The position numbers were made by a program, and so were the translations under genes. DNA of 64,000 bases from an uncultured Spirochaetota bacterium. Lineage in GTDB: Bacteria > Spirochaetota > Spirochaetia > SZUA-6 > CAVTHK01. The stretch is from positions 1 through 64,000 of the forward strand of contig CAVTHK010000003.1 in the NCBI GenBank assembly GCA_963734495.1. Direction: 5' to 3'. Numbering within the stretch: position 1 is the stretch's first letter; each line of letters begins with the position of its first letter. Of the stretch, positions 50,380-60,950 are shown piece by piece. The notes below the pieces were generated by a model. That model searched no databases. It saw only the letters and a program-made list of their open reading frames with translations, and had not been told where the DNA came from.

Positions 50380-52795
50380 TGTCGATCGCGTGGAGTTTCC
50401 TGAAGGAGTCGAGGATCTGGAACATCAGGCTTTCGAAGTCGGCGCCGGCCTCGGCGCACTGTCGGCGCAGCGCGACCCATCGGTCGTCCTTGACCCGCTC
50501 TTCCCACTTCTCGTAGGAGATCCGCACGAGACCGCACGCCTCCAGCCCCGGCAGGTTGACACGCCAGGCGTTACCCAGGTCGGAGAGGAGGAGGTATTTC
50601 AGGAGGGTCTTCATGATCTCCTGGAGCGATCTGACGCGGGAATCGAACACCTCTCCGGACTCGGGGATCACCGCATAGTCCGCCAACTTCAGCCCGAGAC
50701 GATCGAAGACTTCGGACTCGACCATGGAGAAGGGGATGGGCCCCTTCTCCCGCAACGCCTTCACGAGGGCGGCTCGGAGTCGGACGGTTGAGATGAAGTC
50801 GTTGAAATGTCCCGACTGCAGGGAGGAATCCTGGCGGTTGTCGGAGAAGCTGAGGAGCTTGGTGTCCTTGTCGGCGAAGCCGAGCCCTTTCATGGCGTCC
50901 AGAATGGCAAGGGAGATGACGGTGGTGGTGGTGGACCTCCCCTCGAGCCCGATGCGGGAGAGTTTGGCGAACTCGCTGGTCTGATGGTGGTAGAGGTCGC
51001 CACTCGTGGGGTCATAGATGAACTTCACGGGGAGGTACCACCCCTTGAGGCCACTGCCCGTGTCAGTGGCGAATCCGTCCCGATACGCGCCGTCGACGAA
51101 GTAGGTAATCTCGGAAGGGAACTTGCCCGAGGTACTCCTTTTTCAGCGTGAGAACACCACCGACCTCGCGCGTGTACTCCGCCGGCAGATTGGCGAGGTC
51201 CTCGTCGGGCCTGCCATGCGTGCTCGTCGCAGAGAAGGTACCCGTACTCGCGACTGTCTTTCTCCTCCTCGGGGAGGCTGTCGTCGCTGAAATCCCGCGC
51301 CTCGAGTCTGCCCTCCGCAAGGTTCTTCTTGACGCAGAGGAACGGCTTTCCCGAGGAGCGGTTGAAAACCACGGGGTACAAAGGATATGTCGTTTCCGCG
51401 ATTGTTCGGGACGGGACCGCCGTCAAAGTCGATCAGCCTCTCGCTTCCCCGGTGGAGAGACACCGAGAGAGAGGCGGTCTGCGCGATGAACTGGTGGAGC
51501 TTGAAGGGCAGGACGAATGCAGGCCGGGAGGTCGGGTCGGTGTGTTCCCTCGCAATCCTCTCGTTCACCGCGGCAATCCGAGTGAACAGGGATTCGAGCG
51601 ACGCGCGACATGCGGTCTCATTCCGGCCCGACGCCTCCCGAAGGAGCAAGCACATCTCGCTCGCGGTCCTGGCAGGTCCGCGCTGATAGCCGCTACCATC
51701 CGGCGTCAGGGCCACCACACGCTCGACCCACCGAAAGAGGGGGGCGGCGCACAGCTCCTCCGCGCTTGCCGCGGCCGTCGGTGTGTCGATAGCCGCCGCG
51801 AGCTCCTCGGACCCGGGGTTCGGATGGCGGACCGAGATGGCCGTCAGCGATTCCTCGATCACCTGAGCCGGCGTAAAGCGGTCACCGAAGAAGGTTGTTG
51901 CCACTTCGGCGACACGGGTCTTGCGATCCGCCGAGGTCGCGCCGCCGGTCATCGTGGCCGATGTTCCGATGCAGACGATCGGATGCGCGCACTCCGCCTT
52001 GATCCGGCGGATGAGCAGCGCGACGTCCGCGCCCTGCCGACCTCGGAAGGTGTGAAGCTCGTCGAATGCGATGAACTTCAGATTCTTGAAGATAGCTTCC
52101 CTGATATCGGAGTCTCTCTGCCGAGTCAGGATCAGCTCGAGCATCATGTAGTTGGTGAGGAGGACATGGGGAGGCGCGTTCCGCATGGTGTCCCGCTTGT
52201 CCTCCTCCTCCTGCCCGGTGTACTGGCCGAATGAGAAGGGGAAATCCCGATGCGTACTCGCCTTATAGCGCTCCGCGTACTTTTCGATCTCACCCGTCTG
52301 CGAATTGATGAGCGCATTCATGGGATAGCAGACAAGACCGACGACGCCCGGGCCGGGGTGTCGCAGTATCTCGTTGAAGATCGTGCCGAAGAACGTGAGC
52401 GACTTGCCCGAGCCCGTGCCCGAGGTCACGACGAAACCTTTGCCGGCAGCCCCCAGGCGAAGCGCTTCCTCCTGGTGTCGGTGCAACGTAAACCCCGAGA
52501 AGACAGATGCCATTGCGGGCTCAAGAACCCCCTCGGTCACCAGGGACTCGATGCGTGCGCCGGGTTCATACGACGGATTGAACTGGATCAAGGGCTCGGG
52601 CCACATCGTCTTGAGCCTGCCCTCATCCTGCAAGGCAGCTTCGATCTGAGGGTCGTCGATGTCGATGAAGCTACGGGAGAACGACTGGTACCGGTCCATC
52701 ACGTCCCGGTGGAACCGGAAGACGTCGGTTGTTGGAGTCACGGCCGGATTCTCCTTTGGCGCCACATCAGCTTCGTTCACTGCCCGTCCGGGCAT
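50380..52795 (-). CDS. Large DEAD/DEAH-box SF2 helicase of the type found in defence islands (N-terminal ~800 aa; truncated at the junction, frameshifted)
   Basis: [86 protein letters not shown]. Confidence 0.85.
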
Positions 52796-52803
52796 GGCGC
52801 GAC

Positions 52804-54573
52804 CTATGCCCCTCCCTTTCTCACGACGAATTCGTTCATCTTCGCCGATAGAGCCGCACGTCGGGTCTTGAGAAACTCGCGATACGCGTCAATGTTCCAG
52901 AAAGAGGGATCCACGGGGACCGCCTGCGATTCGAGCGCACCGGCGCCCTGCGTGTCGATGATCGCGGGGATGTATTCCGCAGGGCTCTTGTTGCTGATCC
53001 GCCGGTTAGTCTGTCCCGTAATGAAAGCCATGTTGGCGATCTCGTTTATCTCGCCGGTCTCAAAACCTTTGTCCTTCAGGATAGACTTGGGGAAGATGTG
53101 ATGCCACTGTATGAAGTGAAGCCGCCCCTGGTGCGTAAGGGACAGACCAAGACCGCTGAACCAGTCGCGAGCACCAGCATCTTTGAGTGCCAGGTACGCC
53201 AGAGAGAACAGAGGACTATTCGCGCCACGCGAAGCAAGGTCTTCTGGCTCTATCGTCAGGCGCCCAAACTGCCTCTTGAGCGGTTCCATCAGCGACTCAA
53301 CCGACCCGGACCGGAACACTATCGAAAGATCCTCGTTGAGGAGCGTCTCGCTGGAGCCGCGAGAATAACGTCCGCGTGCGTTTGCGACGAGTAGCCAATG
53401 CATCAAGGCCTGCTGCTCCGCCTGACTCAGCTTGTTGTCTTTTTCCCTGCTCACCGCCGCCAGCAAGACGATGAAGAACGGTGAAGACAACAGCGACTCG
53501 TCTTCAATTCCAGCGTTGGTTCTCAGGAAATTGATCGCAAAGCGCAGGCCTTCTCTTGCCTCAGTCCACCCATCCTTGAGCCTGGATATCGGAGTAGAGC
53601 CGACTGTGCGAAAGAGGCACTGATGAGTCGCCTGCACTACCATGGATCTCACCAAGAGACCGAAGTCCAGGGTGAACCAGCTCTGCTCGCATTCCTCCTG
53701 AAAGGCCTCGAAATCCGCAAGCAGATTCGGCCACCGGGACGTTATTTGGGCTAGCGCGAGGTCTGACGACCTGAGTTTTGCCCCAAGTGAGTTCACTCGG
53801 ACAAAGATCTCGGTGACCTCCTCGTAGCTCATCGATCGCTCGAGCACGTGGACCACGTAGGTGTAGTCCTTGATCTGCCTCAGCCTGTTCAACCGCTGCG
53901 TGTATTTCTCGTATCGAGGGTCATCGAAAGTCGTGACGCCTGCTTTGCGGAGGAACTCTGAGTCGCTCGCGCTCTTGAACACTCGGCTTACCGAAACCCA
54001 CTTCGGAGACGCGGCTATGCTCTTGCTCGCGACTATGAAAGTTCTCGATGAAAAGCGTGCCGCCACGTCAACTTCGTTTTCGCCGTTTTCTTCCTCGTCG
54101 TCCGCAATTTCGTCCTCCGACAAGGTCGGCGAATCATCGTCCGTCTCCACCTCCGCGACTTCAACAGGAGGGCCATCCGGGTGGTCAAGGTTGAACAGAA
54201 TGTCGATCGGTTTCTTGCGACGCCGAACGGTGACGTGCTCTCCGTTGATTACCGCGGTCAAGGATGTCAGGCGCTGCTGACCGTCCAACAGGAGCTTCCG
54301 ACCGACAAAGGCGTTCGTGTCCTGAGCGACGGCCGAATCTCGAGTGGGGATTGGCTCGTCGGTTTCCCACATGAGAATCGAGCCACTTGGGTAGCCGCGG
54401 TAGAGAGAATCCAGCAGGTCCCGCACCCTCGTGGAGCGCCACACGAAATGCCGTTGTATCTCGGGCAGCCGCAACTCGCCTCGCTTGTACATGTCAACCA
54501 GAGTGCTGATTGGGATGTTTTGCTGCTGCAACTTGTTCGCCTCCGGAGCTGGATTCCTCCCCACGGCCTGCAA
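52804..54573 (-). CDS. DUF262 (ParB-like) plus C-terminal HNH-like domain protein, GmrSD/SspE-like
   Basis: LPEIQRHFVW, DSLYRGYPSG, LLLDGQQRLTSL, EIFVRVNSLG; C-terminal WHHIFPK ... IANMAFITGQTNRRISNK. Confidence 0.85.
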   Translation of the reverse strand: MQAVGRNPAPEANKLQQQNIPISTLVDMYKRGELRLPEIQRHFVWRSTRVRDLLDSLYRGYPSGSILMWETDEPIPTRDSAVAQDTNAFVGRKLLLDGQQRLTSLTAVINGEHVTVRRRKKPIDILFNLDHPDGPPVEVAEVETDDDSPTLSEDEIADDEEENGENEVDVAARFSSRTFIVASKSIAASPKWVSVSRVFKSASDSEFLRKAGVTTFDDPRYEKYTQRLNRLRQIKDYTYVVHVLERSMSYEEVTEIFVRVNSLGAKLRSSDLALAQITSRWPNLLADFEAFQEECEQSWFTLDFGLLVRSMVVQATHQCLFRTVGSTPISRLKDGWTEAREGLRFAINFLRTNAGIEDESLLSSPFFIVLLAAVSREKDNKLSQAEQQALMHWLLVANARGRYSRGSSETLLNEDLSIVFRSGSVESLMEPLKRQFGRLTIEPEDLASRGANSPLFSLAYLALKDAGARDWFSGLGLSLTHQGRLHFIQWHHIFPKSILKDKGFETGEINEIANMAFITGQTNRRISNKSPAEYIPAIIDTQGAGALESQAVPVDPSFWNIDAYREFLKTRRAALSAKMNEFVVRKGGA

Positions 54574-55340
54574 CGAAATAGTTTCGGGTTCACGGGGTTG
54601 TGATCCGATACCCGACAGAACTGCTGAAGTAGAATAGACCAGCTTCCTCCAACCTGCAAGAATATCAGCTCGCGGACGCCGCCGAGCGCCAATCCATCGT
54701 TGGTCTGGCCACCTTTACCCAGTTTCCTCCGAGCGATCCCGAAACACCATCGCAGTCCGAGGCTCCGCGGCGCCCACTCCCCGTACTGGCTCGTTCGGTG
54801 AAGCATTTTTCCGCTCCAGGCCCCTGGACGCCACCTTCAGCGTCTACTTCCACGACAACCTGATGGGCGCCTGGCCTTGCACGACTTTGCCGAGATGATC
54901 AGGAGGCGCTTCGGGGTGGACACGGTGCGCCTTGAGCTTTTCGACGAGGCAGTTGTGTTCCGCAGCCGTGCGGTCCCGGACCTTCTGACAACAAGAGCTC
55001 CGGCCGGAACGCCTGACCCTCCCCCGGAGAGGACCTATAGGGCGCCTCAGAGGTTGGGGAGCCCGGGCGTCCTGCCCGGGCTCCCCAACCAAAGGACTCG
55101 CGAGCGTGGGACACATGGAGGTGGCCCACGCGTCTGCCTGGGGCGGGATGCCCCGTGTGCGGCGGGCGCCTACCGCCGAAGGGCCAGCCGCTTGCGGAAG
55201 GCGCTGTGCCGAAGGCACACGCCGCGCTCGGTGAGGGCTCCCTGCGGCCGTCGGCACCATCGGCACCGGCGTTGACCTGGGGTTACTGCATGATATCCTC
55301 GGCATCGAAGGCTTGACCTGCAAGGAGCGATAGTGGGCCG

Positions 55341-55631
55341 GCAATCATAACGACTTTCGGGCTCTTGTGGGACAACAGGTTGGTGTTCTGGAAGGGCAAG
55401 AAGGGACCTGGCGGTGCGCCATTTCAGTTGCTGGGCTCAACACGGCCGAATGGCAAAGCGGACGGTGCCGTAGATTTCTATGGACAGATCGGATTCTATG
55501 CGCTCTACGATGACAACTACAACATCGTCTATGCTGGTCAGGCCGGGGGAGCGAACCACAAACATAGTAGTCGTCTTCGCAACCATGTGACAGACGTGCT
55601 CATGGGTCGTAGGGTGGGTCCCACCTGCTAA
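55341..55631 (+). pseudogene. Truncated GIY-YIG-like nuclease fragment
   Basis: IITTFGLLW...VDFYGQIGFYALYDDNYNIVYAGQAG...RLRNH; no clean start, and it ends soon after the R..H helix. Confidence 0.55.
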
Positions 55632-56180
55632 GAGCATCCTCGGGGCTGATGGGGTCGAAGAGGTGATCCGTTGGCGACCGCGCGCCACCCGCCTGACTGC
55701 GATGCTACAGGTCGGTCGGCGGCGAACTGGCTGTCCCGCAGATGGTAGGTACCGCACACAAGGTGGAGGCTGGGTTTGGTGTGCGCTCAGGCTCGCATAC
55801 GGGCGTCATGGACACGACGTCGGCCGGCGTACTCGCGTAGCGAGCCCAGGCGAAGTAGTCCGGAATGCCGCGTGCAGCCATCGTTTTCCTCCCGCTCCTG
55901 CTACTGGCTCGGCCGTCGCCAAAGTGCCGAAGTACGGGGCCGGCGGCCGGCGCGCGTGAGCGGGCGCAGGGGCCGCGAGGCCTGGCGTACTCGCCAGGCC
56001 CCCACGGGTCCGAGGCGCCGGGCCCAGAAAAGCCATCGGTCGCCACAGGGCGGCGCCGAGGACGGAACCCCCGAAGCACGCGACCCCGAGCCCGTGCGGG
56101 GCAGTCTCGCCGCCACAGGCGCACCTCGCTCGGCCTGCAACACAGGCCAGCTCGGGGGCACGCCCAATCCGTGAAGACGC

Positions 56181-56209
56181 AAAAAAGCCCTCGCCGCGCG
56201 GCGAGGGCT
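56181..56209 (-). terminator. Intrinsic terminator downstream of the 56233 gene
   Basis: Palindrome AGCCCTCGCCGCGCGGCGAGGGCT with an A6 run on the plus strand (U-tract on minus). Confidence 0.8.
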
Positions 56210-56232
56210 CGCATGGCGCGACGGGAGCCCGC

Positions 56233-56718
56233 CTACATCCAGAGCAGCACCTGCGCTCCGAGTATGCCGGAACTGGTAGTAAGGTCGAAGCCCGTGAAGT
56301 CCATGATGTAGCTCAACCCCACCGAGAGCTTGCCGAGCTTGACGTCGGCGCTGAGCTTGGCGTTCAGGCCGGCCTGCAGCGGGCTGCTCTCGCCGAAGTT
56401 GTACACGAAGTTGGGGCCGACCCCCGCGGACAGCCGCAGGAGCGGGAGGTCGAGCGCGACGCCACCGTCGAGGTAGATGTTCAGGCTCTGGACATCGCCG
56501 GCCGCGTACATGACGAGGGCCTCGCCCTGGAAGAGGCTCAGCTTGAGCCTCGCGTCGCCGCCGAACGTGAACTGGTTCACGTTGAGGTCATCCTTGCTCA
56601 CGCTCTGGCCCAGAAGGTACGGCGACTTCATCATGGCCGCGCCGCCGATGCCGAGCTCCGCGAACGCCGCCGCCGGCAGCAGGGCGATGAGGACGCCGAT
56701 CAGGAGCGCTTTCTTCAT
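56233..56718 (-). CDS. Secreted small beta-barrel-like outer membrane protein, function unknown
   Basis: MKKALLIGVLIALLPAAAFA signal peptide; alternating hydrophobic strands; aromatic near the C-terminus (LLWM). Confidence 0.7.
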   Translation of the reverse strand: MKKALLIGVLIALLPAAAFAELGIGGAAMMKSPYLLGQSVSKDDLNVNQFTFGGDARLKLSLFQGEALVMYAAGDVQSLNIYLDGGVALDLPLLRLSAGVGPNFVYNFGESSPLQAGLNAKLSADVKLGKLSVGLSYIMDFTGFDLTTSSGILGAQVLLWM

Positions 56719-56817
56719 ACCCACCTCTCTCGATGCAATGTAAGCGCGTCTTGTTGACGGCTTCAGTCAGGAATGTAGCACCTTTCCGGGTCCCGACAAC
56801 CCGCCGGCGGCGGCCGG

Positions 56818-57775
56818 TCACGCGAAGAAGCGCGACACCCAGTGGCCGGCGGAAACCTCCCGCAGGCCCGGACGCGGCTGCGCCGCCTCCGCCGCTTCGT
56901 CCGCGGAATCGATCGGCGGCACCGTCGGGTCAGGCGGCTCGCCGAACCGGCCGGCGCCGCGCCCGCGGCTCCCCTTCGCGCCGAGGCGCGGGATGGAGCC
57001 GTAGAGGGCGCGCGTGTACGGGTGCGCGGGAGAGCGCGCGAGCTCGCGCGCGGGCGCCTCCTCGACCAGCAGGCCGCGGTACATGACTCCGACGCGGTCG
57101 CACGCGTAGGAGACCACGTTCAGGTCGTGAGCGATCAGGAGCATCGACAGGCGGTGCTGCCCCTTGAGGTCCGTGAGCAGGTTCAGGATCTGGCCCTGGA
57201 TCGAGACGTCGAGCGACGAGACCACCTCGTCGCAGATGAGGAGCTCGGGCCGCGTGATCAGGGCACGCGCGATGGCGATGCGCTGCCTCTGCCCGCCGGA
57301 GAAGTCCGGGGGCCTGCGCTCCAGGTCGTCCGGGCTGCAGGCCGACCTCCCGCAGGGTCGCGGCCGCCCGCTCGGCGGCCTCCCGCCTGCCCGGCCACAG
57401 GGGCGACCAGCGGTAGCCCGCGGTGAGCACCTCCAGGACGGTCATGCGCGGGTTGAGCGAGCGGGCCGGGTCCTGGAAGACGTAGCGGATCCTCGAGCGC
57501 AGCCGCCGCAGGGCCTCGCCGCGCGCGGCGCGGGCATCGTGCTCGCGGCCTTCGCGGTCGGCATAGCGGATCGCGCCGCCGTCCGCGTCGTACAGCCTTA
57601 CGATCATGCGCGCCGTCGTGGTCTTGCCGCACCCGGATTCGCCGACGAGGCCGTAGGTCTCTCCCGGCAGCACGTCGAAGCTCACTCCGTTGACCGCGTA
57701 GATGAAGCGTCCCGACCGCGCGAAAAAGCCCGCCTCGAGGGCGAAGCGCTTGCGCACGCCGCGGAGCGTCAGCAT
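56818..57775 (-). CDS. Oligopeptide ABC transporter ATP-binding protein (OppF/DppF-like); frameshift ~57335
   Basis: GESGCGKTT, VFQDP, FSGGQRQRIAIAR, CDEVVSSLDVSIQGQILNLL, HPYTRAL. Confidence 0.88.
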
Positions 57776-58801
57776 CGGCCCGGCTCCCCGAAGCGGCCGA
57801 GGCGCCCCGGCTTGACGCCCGGAAAGATGCAGGCGTGGGCGTGACCAGGCGCGGCGTCGGGGTCGGACGCCAGGCGGGGCGCCGTCTCCCGGCATCGCGC
57901 CGCGGCAAGCGCGCACCGCGGGGCGAAGGGACAGCCCGCCGGGATGTCGTGCGGGTCCGGGACCGCGCCGGGGATCGTCGCGAGCCTTCGCTCCGAGTAG
58001 TGGTCGCCCGGCCGCAGCAGCGCGTCGAGGAGCGCGCGCGTATAGGGGTGGCGCGGCTTCGCGAGCACCTCCTCGGCCGGCCCGCTCTCGAGCGCGAGCC
58101 CCGCGTACATGACCAGGATGCGGTCGGCGATGCTGCCGACGAGCGCCAGGTTGTGGGAAATGAACAGGATCGCGAGCCCGCGCTTCTCCCGCAGCTCGAG
58201 CAGGAGGTCCACGACCTGCGCCTGGATGGTCACGTCCAGCGCCGTGGTCGGCTCGTCGGCGACGAGCAACCCGCGGACCCGAGGCGAGCGCGAGCGCGAT
58301 CATGACCCGCTGCAGCAGCCCCCCCGAAAGCTGGTGCGGGAAGCTGCCGAGGCGCTCCTCCGCGCGGGGCAAGCGCGCCTCGCGCAGCAGCTCGAGCGAG
58401 CGGGCGCGGACCTCCGCCCGGGAGAGCCCCGGGCTGTGGACCGCGAGCGTTTCTTCGAGCGCGCCGCCGATCGAGGCGATCGGGTCGAACGAGCGGCCGG
58501 GCTCCTGGAAGATGATGCTCACCGCGCCGCCGCGGTAGCGCCGCAGCTCCGCGGGCGTCATCGCCAGCACGTCGCGGCCGCGGTAGCGGATCTCGCCCCC
58601 CGCGATGCGGCCGTTTCCCGGCATCAGGCGCAGCAGCGCGTGCGCGGTCACGCTCTTGCCGGAGCCGCTCTCGCCGACGACGCCGAGCACCTCGGCCTCG
58701 CCGACGGCGAGGTCCAGCCCGCGCACGGCGCGCAGCACGCCGCGCTGCGTCGCGAACTCCACGCGCAGCCCGCGCGCCTCGAGGAGAGGCTCCCGGCTCA
58801 C
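57769..58801 (-). CDS. Oligopeptide ABC transporter ATP-binding protein (OppD/DppD-like); frameshift ~58275
   Basis: GESGSGKS, PHQLSGGLLQRVMIA, ADEPTTALDVTIQAQ, HPYTRALL, GCPFAPRC. Confidence 0.9.
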
Positions 58802-59901
58802 GGGCTGCTCCGGTCGCGGTGGTACGGGTCCAGCACGTCGCGCAGGAGATCGCCGAGGAAGTTGAAGGAGAGCGTCACGAGCAGCAGGAAGAGCCCCGGG
58901 AGCAGGAACCACGGAAAGCTCTGCAGGTTGCTCACCGAGGTGATCTCGCGGTTCAGGAGCGAGCCCCACGACACGGCCGGGTCGACGATGCCGAGGCCGA
59001 GGTAGGAGAGCACGGTCTCGCCGAGGATGAAGCCCGGTATCCCGAGAGTGACGCTCACGATGAGGATGGAGGACATCTGCGGGACGATCTGGCGAAAGAT
59101 GATCGCGAGCGCGGGGATGCCCTCGAGGCGCGCCTCTTCGATAAAGTCCTCGCGCTTGATGGAGTGGACCATGCCGCGGACGAGCCGCGCGCTCCCCGGC
59201 CAGCCCACGAAGGACAGGATCACCGTGATGACGAGAAAGGACTGCCCGGGGTCCATCTCGCGCGACAGGATCGACCGCAGGAACAGGATCATGTACAGAC
59301 CCGGAACGAGGATGAAGAACTCCGCGACCCGCATGATCACCCAGTCGACGCGTCCGCCGTAATAGCCGGCCAGGCCGCCGAAGAGGATCGCGAGCGAGAG
59401 CGAGATCGCGATGCCCACCAGGCCGATCGTGAGCGAGACCCGCGAGCCGTAGAGCACGCGGCTGAAGAGGTCGCGCCCGAGGCCGTCCGCGCCGAAGACG
59501 AACACCGGCCGGTTGCGGCCCCCCCGTTCCCAGCCCGGCCCTCCCGGCCCGTACGGCTCGTTGATGCCGAACAGGTGCAGGTCCGACGGGATCAGGCCCC
59601 AGAGCCGGTAGCTCGGGCCGTGCACGAAGAAGCTCACGGGGCGGTAGGAGCCGGCGACCGGCAGGTAGCGCCAGTTCGCCTGGTCGACCAGCGCCCACTC
59701 CTGCACCTGCGGCCGCAGCCCCAGCTGCCGGGAGTAGAGCCGGAGCGACGGCGGATGGTAGCTCGAGTCCCTGAACGCGGTGCCCGCCCCGTAAGGGGCG
59801 AGGAACTCCGCAAACAGCATCGTCGCGTACAGCAGGCAGAGCACCGCGAGCGACGCGAGCGCGATGGGCCTCCCGGCGAGCGCGCGCGGCAGGCGTTTCA
59901 C
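58798..59901 (-). CDS. Oligopeptide ABC transporter permease (OppC/DppC-like)
   Basis: FGADGLGRDLFSRVLYGSRVSL, FIEEARLEG, SYLGLG, FNFLGDLLRDVLDP. Confidence 0.92.
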   Translation of the reverse strand: MKRLPRALAGRPIALASLAVLCLLYATMLFAEFLAPYGAGTAFRDSSYHPPSLRLYSRQLGLRPQVQEWALVDQANWRYLPVAGSYRPVSFFVHGPSYRLWGLIPSDLHLFGINEPYGPGGPGWERGGRNRPVFVFGADGLGRDLFSRVLYGSRVSLTIGLVGIAISLSLAILFGGLAGYYGGRVDWVIMRVAEFFILVPGLYMILFLRSILSREMDPGQSFLVITVILSFVGWPGSARLVRGMVHSIKREDFIEEARLEGIPALAIIFRQIVPQMSSILIVSVTLGIPGFILGETVLSYLGLGIVDPAVSWGSLLNREITSVSNLQSFPWFLLPGLFLLLVTLSFNFLGDLLRDVLDPYHRDRSSP

Positions 59902-60950
59902 CGGCGACCGTACCTGATGCGCGGGTCGACCAGCGCCAGCGTGACGTCGGCCGCGACCATCCCGAGGAGGATCAGGAAGCTGATGAACATGACGTTCGCG
60001 AGCACCAGGTTCACGTCCTCCTGTCTCACGGCCTCGTACATCAGGCGGCCGATTCCCGGGTAGGAGAAGATGATCTCGAGGATGAGCGAGCCCGAAAAGA
60101 GGCCCGCGAGCAGGTTGGCGCTGCCTGTGATGTACGGGTTGAGCGCGTTGCGGAACGCGTGCGCGAAAGTGATGCGGCCCTCGCCCACGCCCCGCGAGCG
60201 GATCGAGGTGACGTAGGGCTGACCGAGCTGGTCCAGCATCGTGGCGCGGATCATCCTCATCGTCCCCCCGATGCCGCCGAGAAAGGCCCCGAGGACGGGC
60301 AGCGCGATGTGGTGGAGGTAGGAGCCGACGAAGCGCAGCGGGGCCTCCCGGTACGGGAAGTCGGGCCAGGCCGTGACCGGGAAGAGCCCGGTCGCGGCCG
60401 CGAACAGCTGGAGGAGGATCAGCAGCAGGATCCCGGGAAACGCGTGGAGCGTGAGCGAGACGAACGCCGCGACCGTGTCGACGCGGGTGCCCGCCCGGGT
60501 CGAGAGGGCGATGCCGATGGCGAACGAGACGACCGTCAGGAAGAGGAGCTCGATGACGTTGAGGACGAGCGAGTTCAGCATGCGCTGGCGGATCAGGAAC
60601 AGGATCGGCGCCCGGGAGATGAGCGACCGGCCGAGGTCGTGCTCGACGAAGACCTGGTGCAGCCAGCGGAAGTACTGGGCGTAAAAGGGCAGGTCGAGCC
60701 CGAGCCGGTGCTTCGCCTCGGCGACGGCTTCGGCGCTGTACACGTTGTCGCGCGTGCGGAAGCCCGGCTCCATCATCATCTGGCCGCGGACGTAGCTCTC
60801 CACGACGTCGCCGGGGGCGAGCTTCATCAGGCCGAAGACCGCCAGGCCGAGGAAGAAGAGCATGAGGGCCATGGACGCGACGCGGCCGGCCACGAACGCG
60901 GCGAGGGGGTGCCGCCGCTGCAGGGCCGCCAGGAGACCGCGGGCCGTCAT
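59898..60950 (-). CDS. Oligopeptide ABC transporter permease (OppB/DppB-like)
   Basis: LAPGD, LGLDLPFYAQY..WL, DLGRS, YVTSIRSRG, HAFRNA, EIIFSYPGIG, VDPRIR; start ATG 60950. Confidence 0.92.
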   Translation of the reverse strand: MTARGLLAALQRRHPLAAFVAGRVASMALMLFFLGLAVFGLMKLAPGDVVESYVRGQMMMEPGFRTRDNVYSAEAVAEAKHRLGLDLPFYAQYFRWLHQVFVEHDLGRSLISRAPILFLIRQRMLNSLVLNVIELLFLTVVSFAIGIALSTRAGTRVDTVAAFVSLTLHAFPGILLLILLQLFAAATGLFPVTAWPDFPYREAPLRFVGSYLHHIALPVLGAFLGGIGGTMRMIRATMLDQLGQPYVTSIRSRGVGEGRITFAHAFRNALNPYITGSANLLAGLFSGSLILEIIFSYPGIGRLMYEAVRQEDVNLVLANVMFISFLILLGMVAADVTLALVDPRIRYGRR

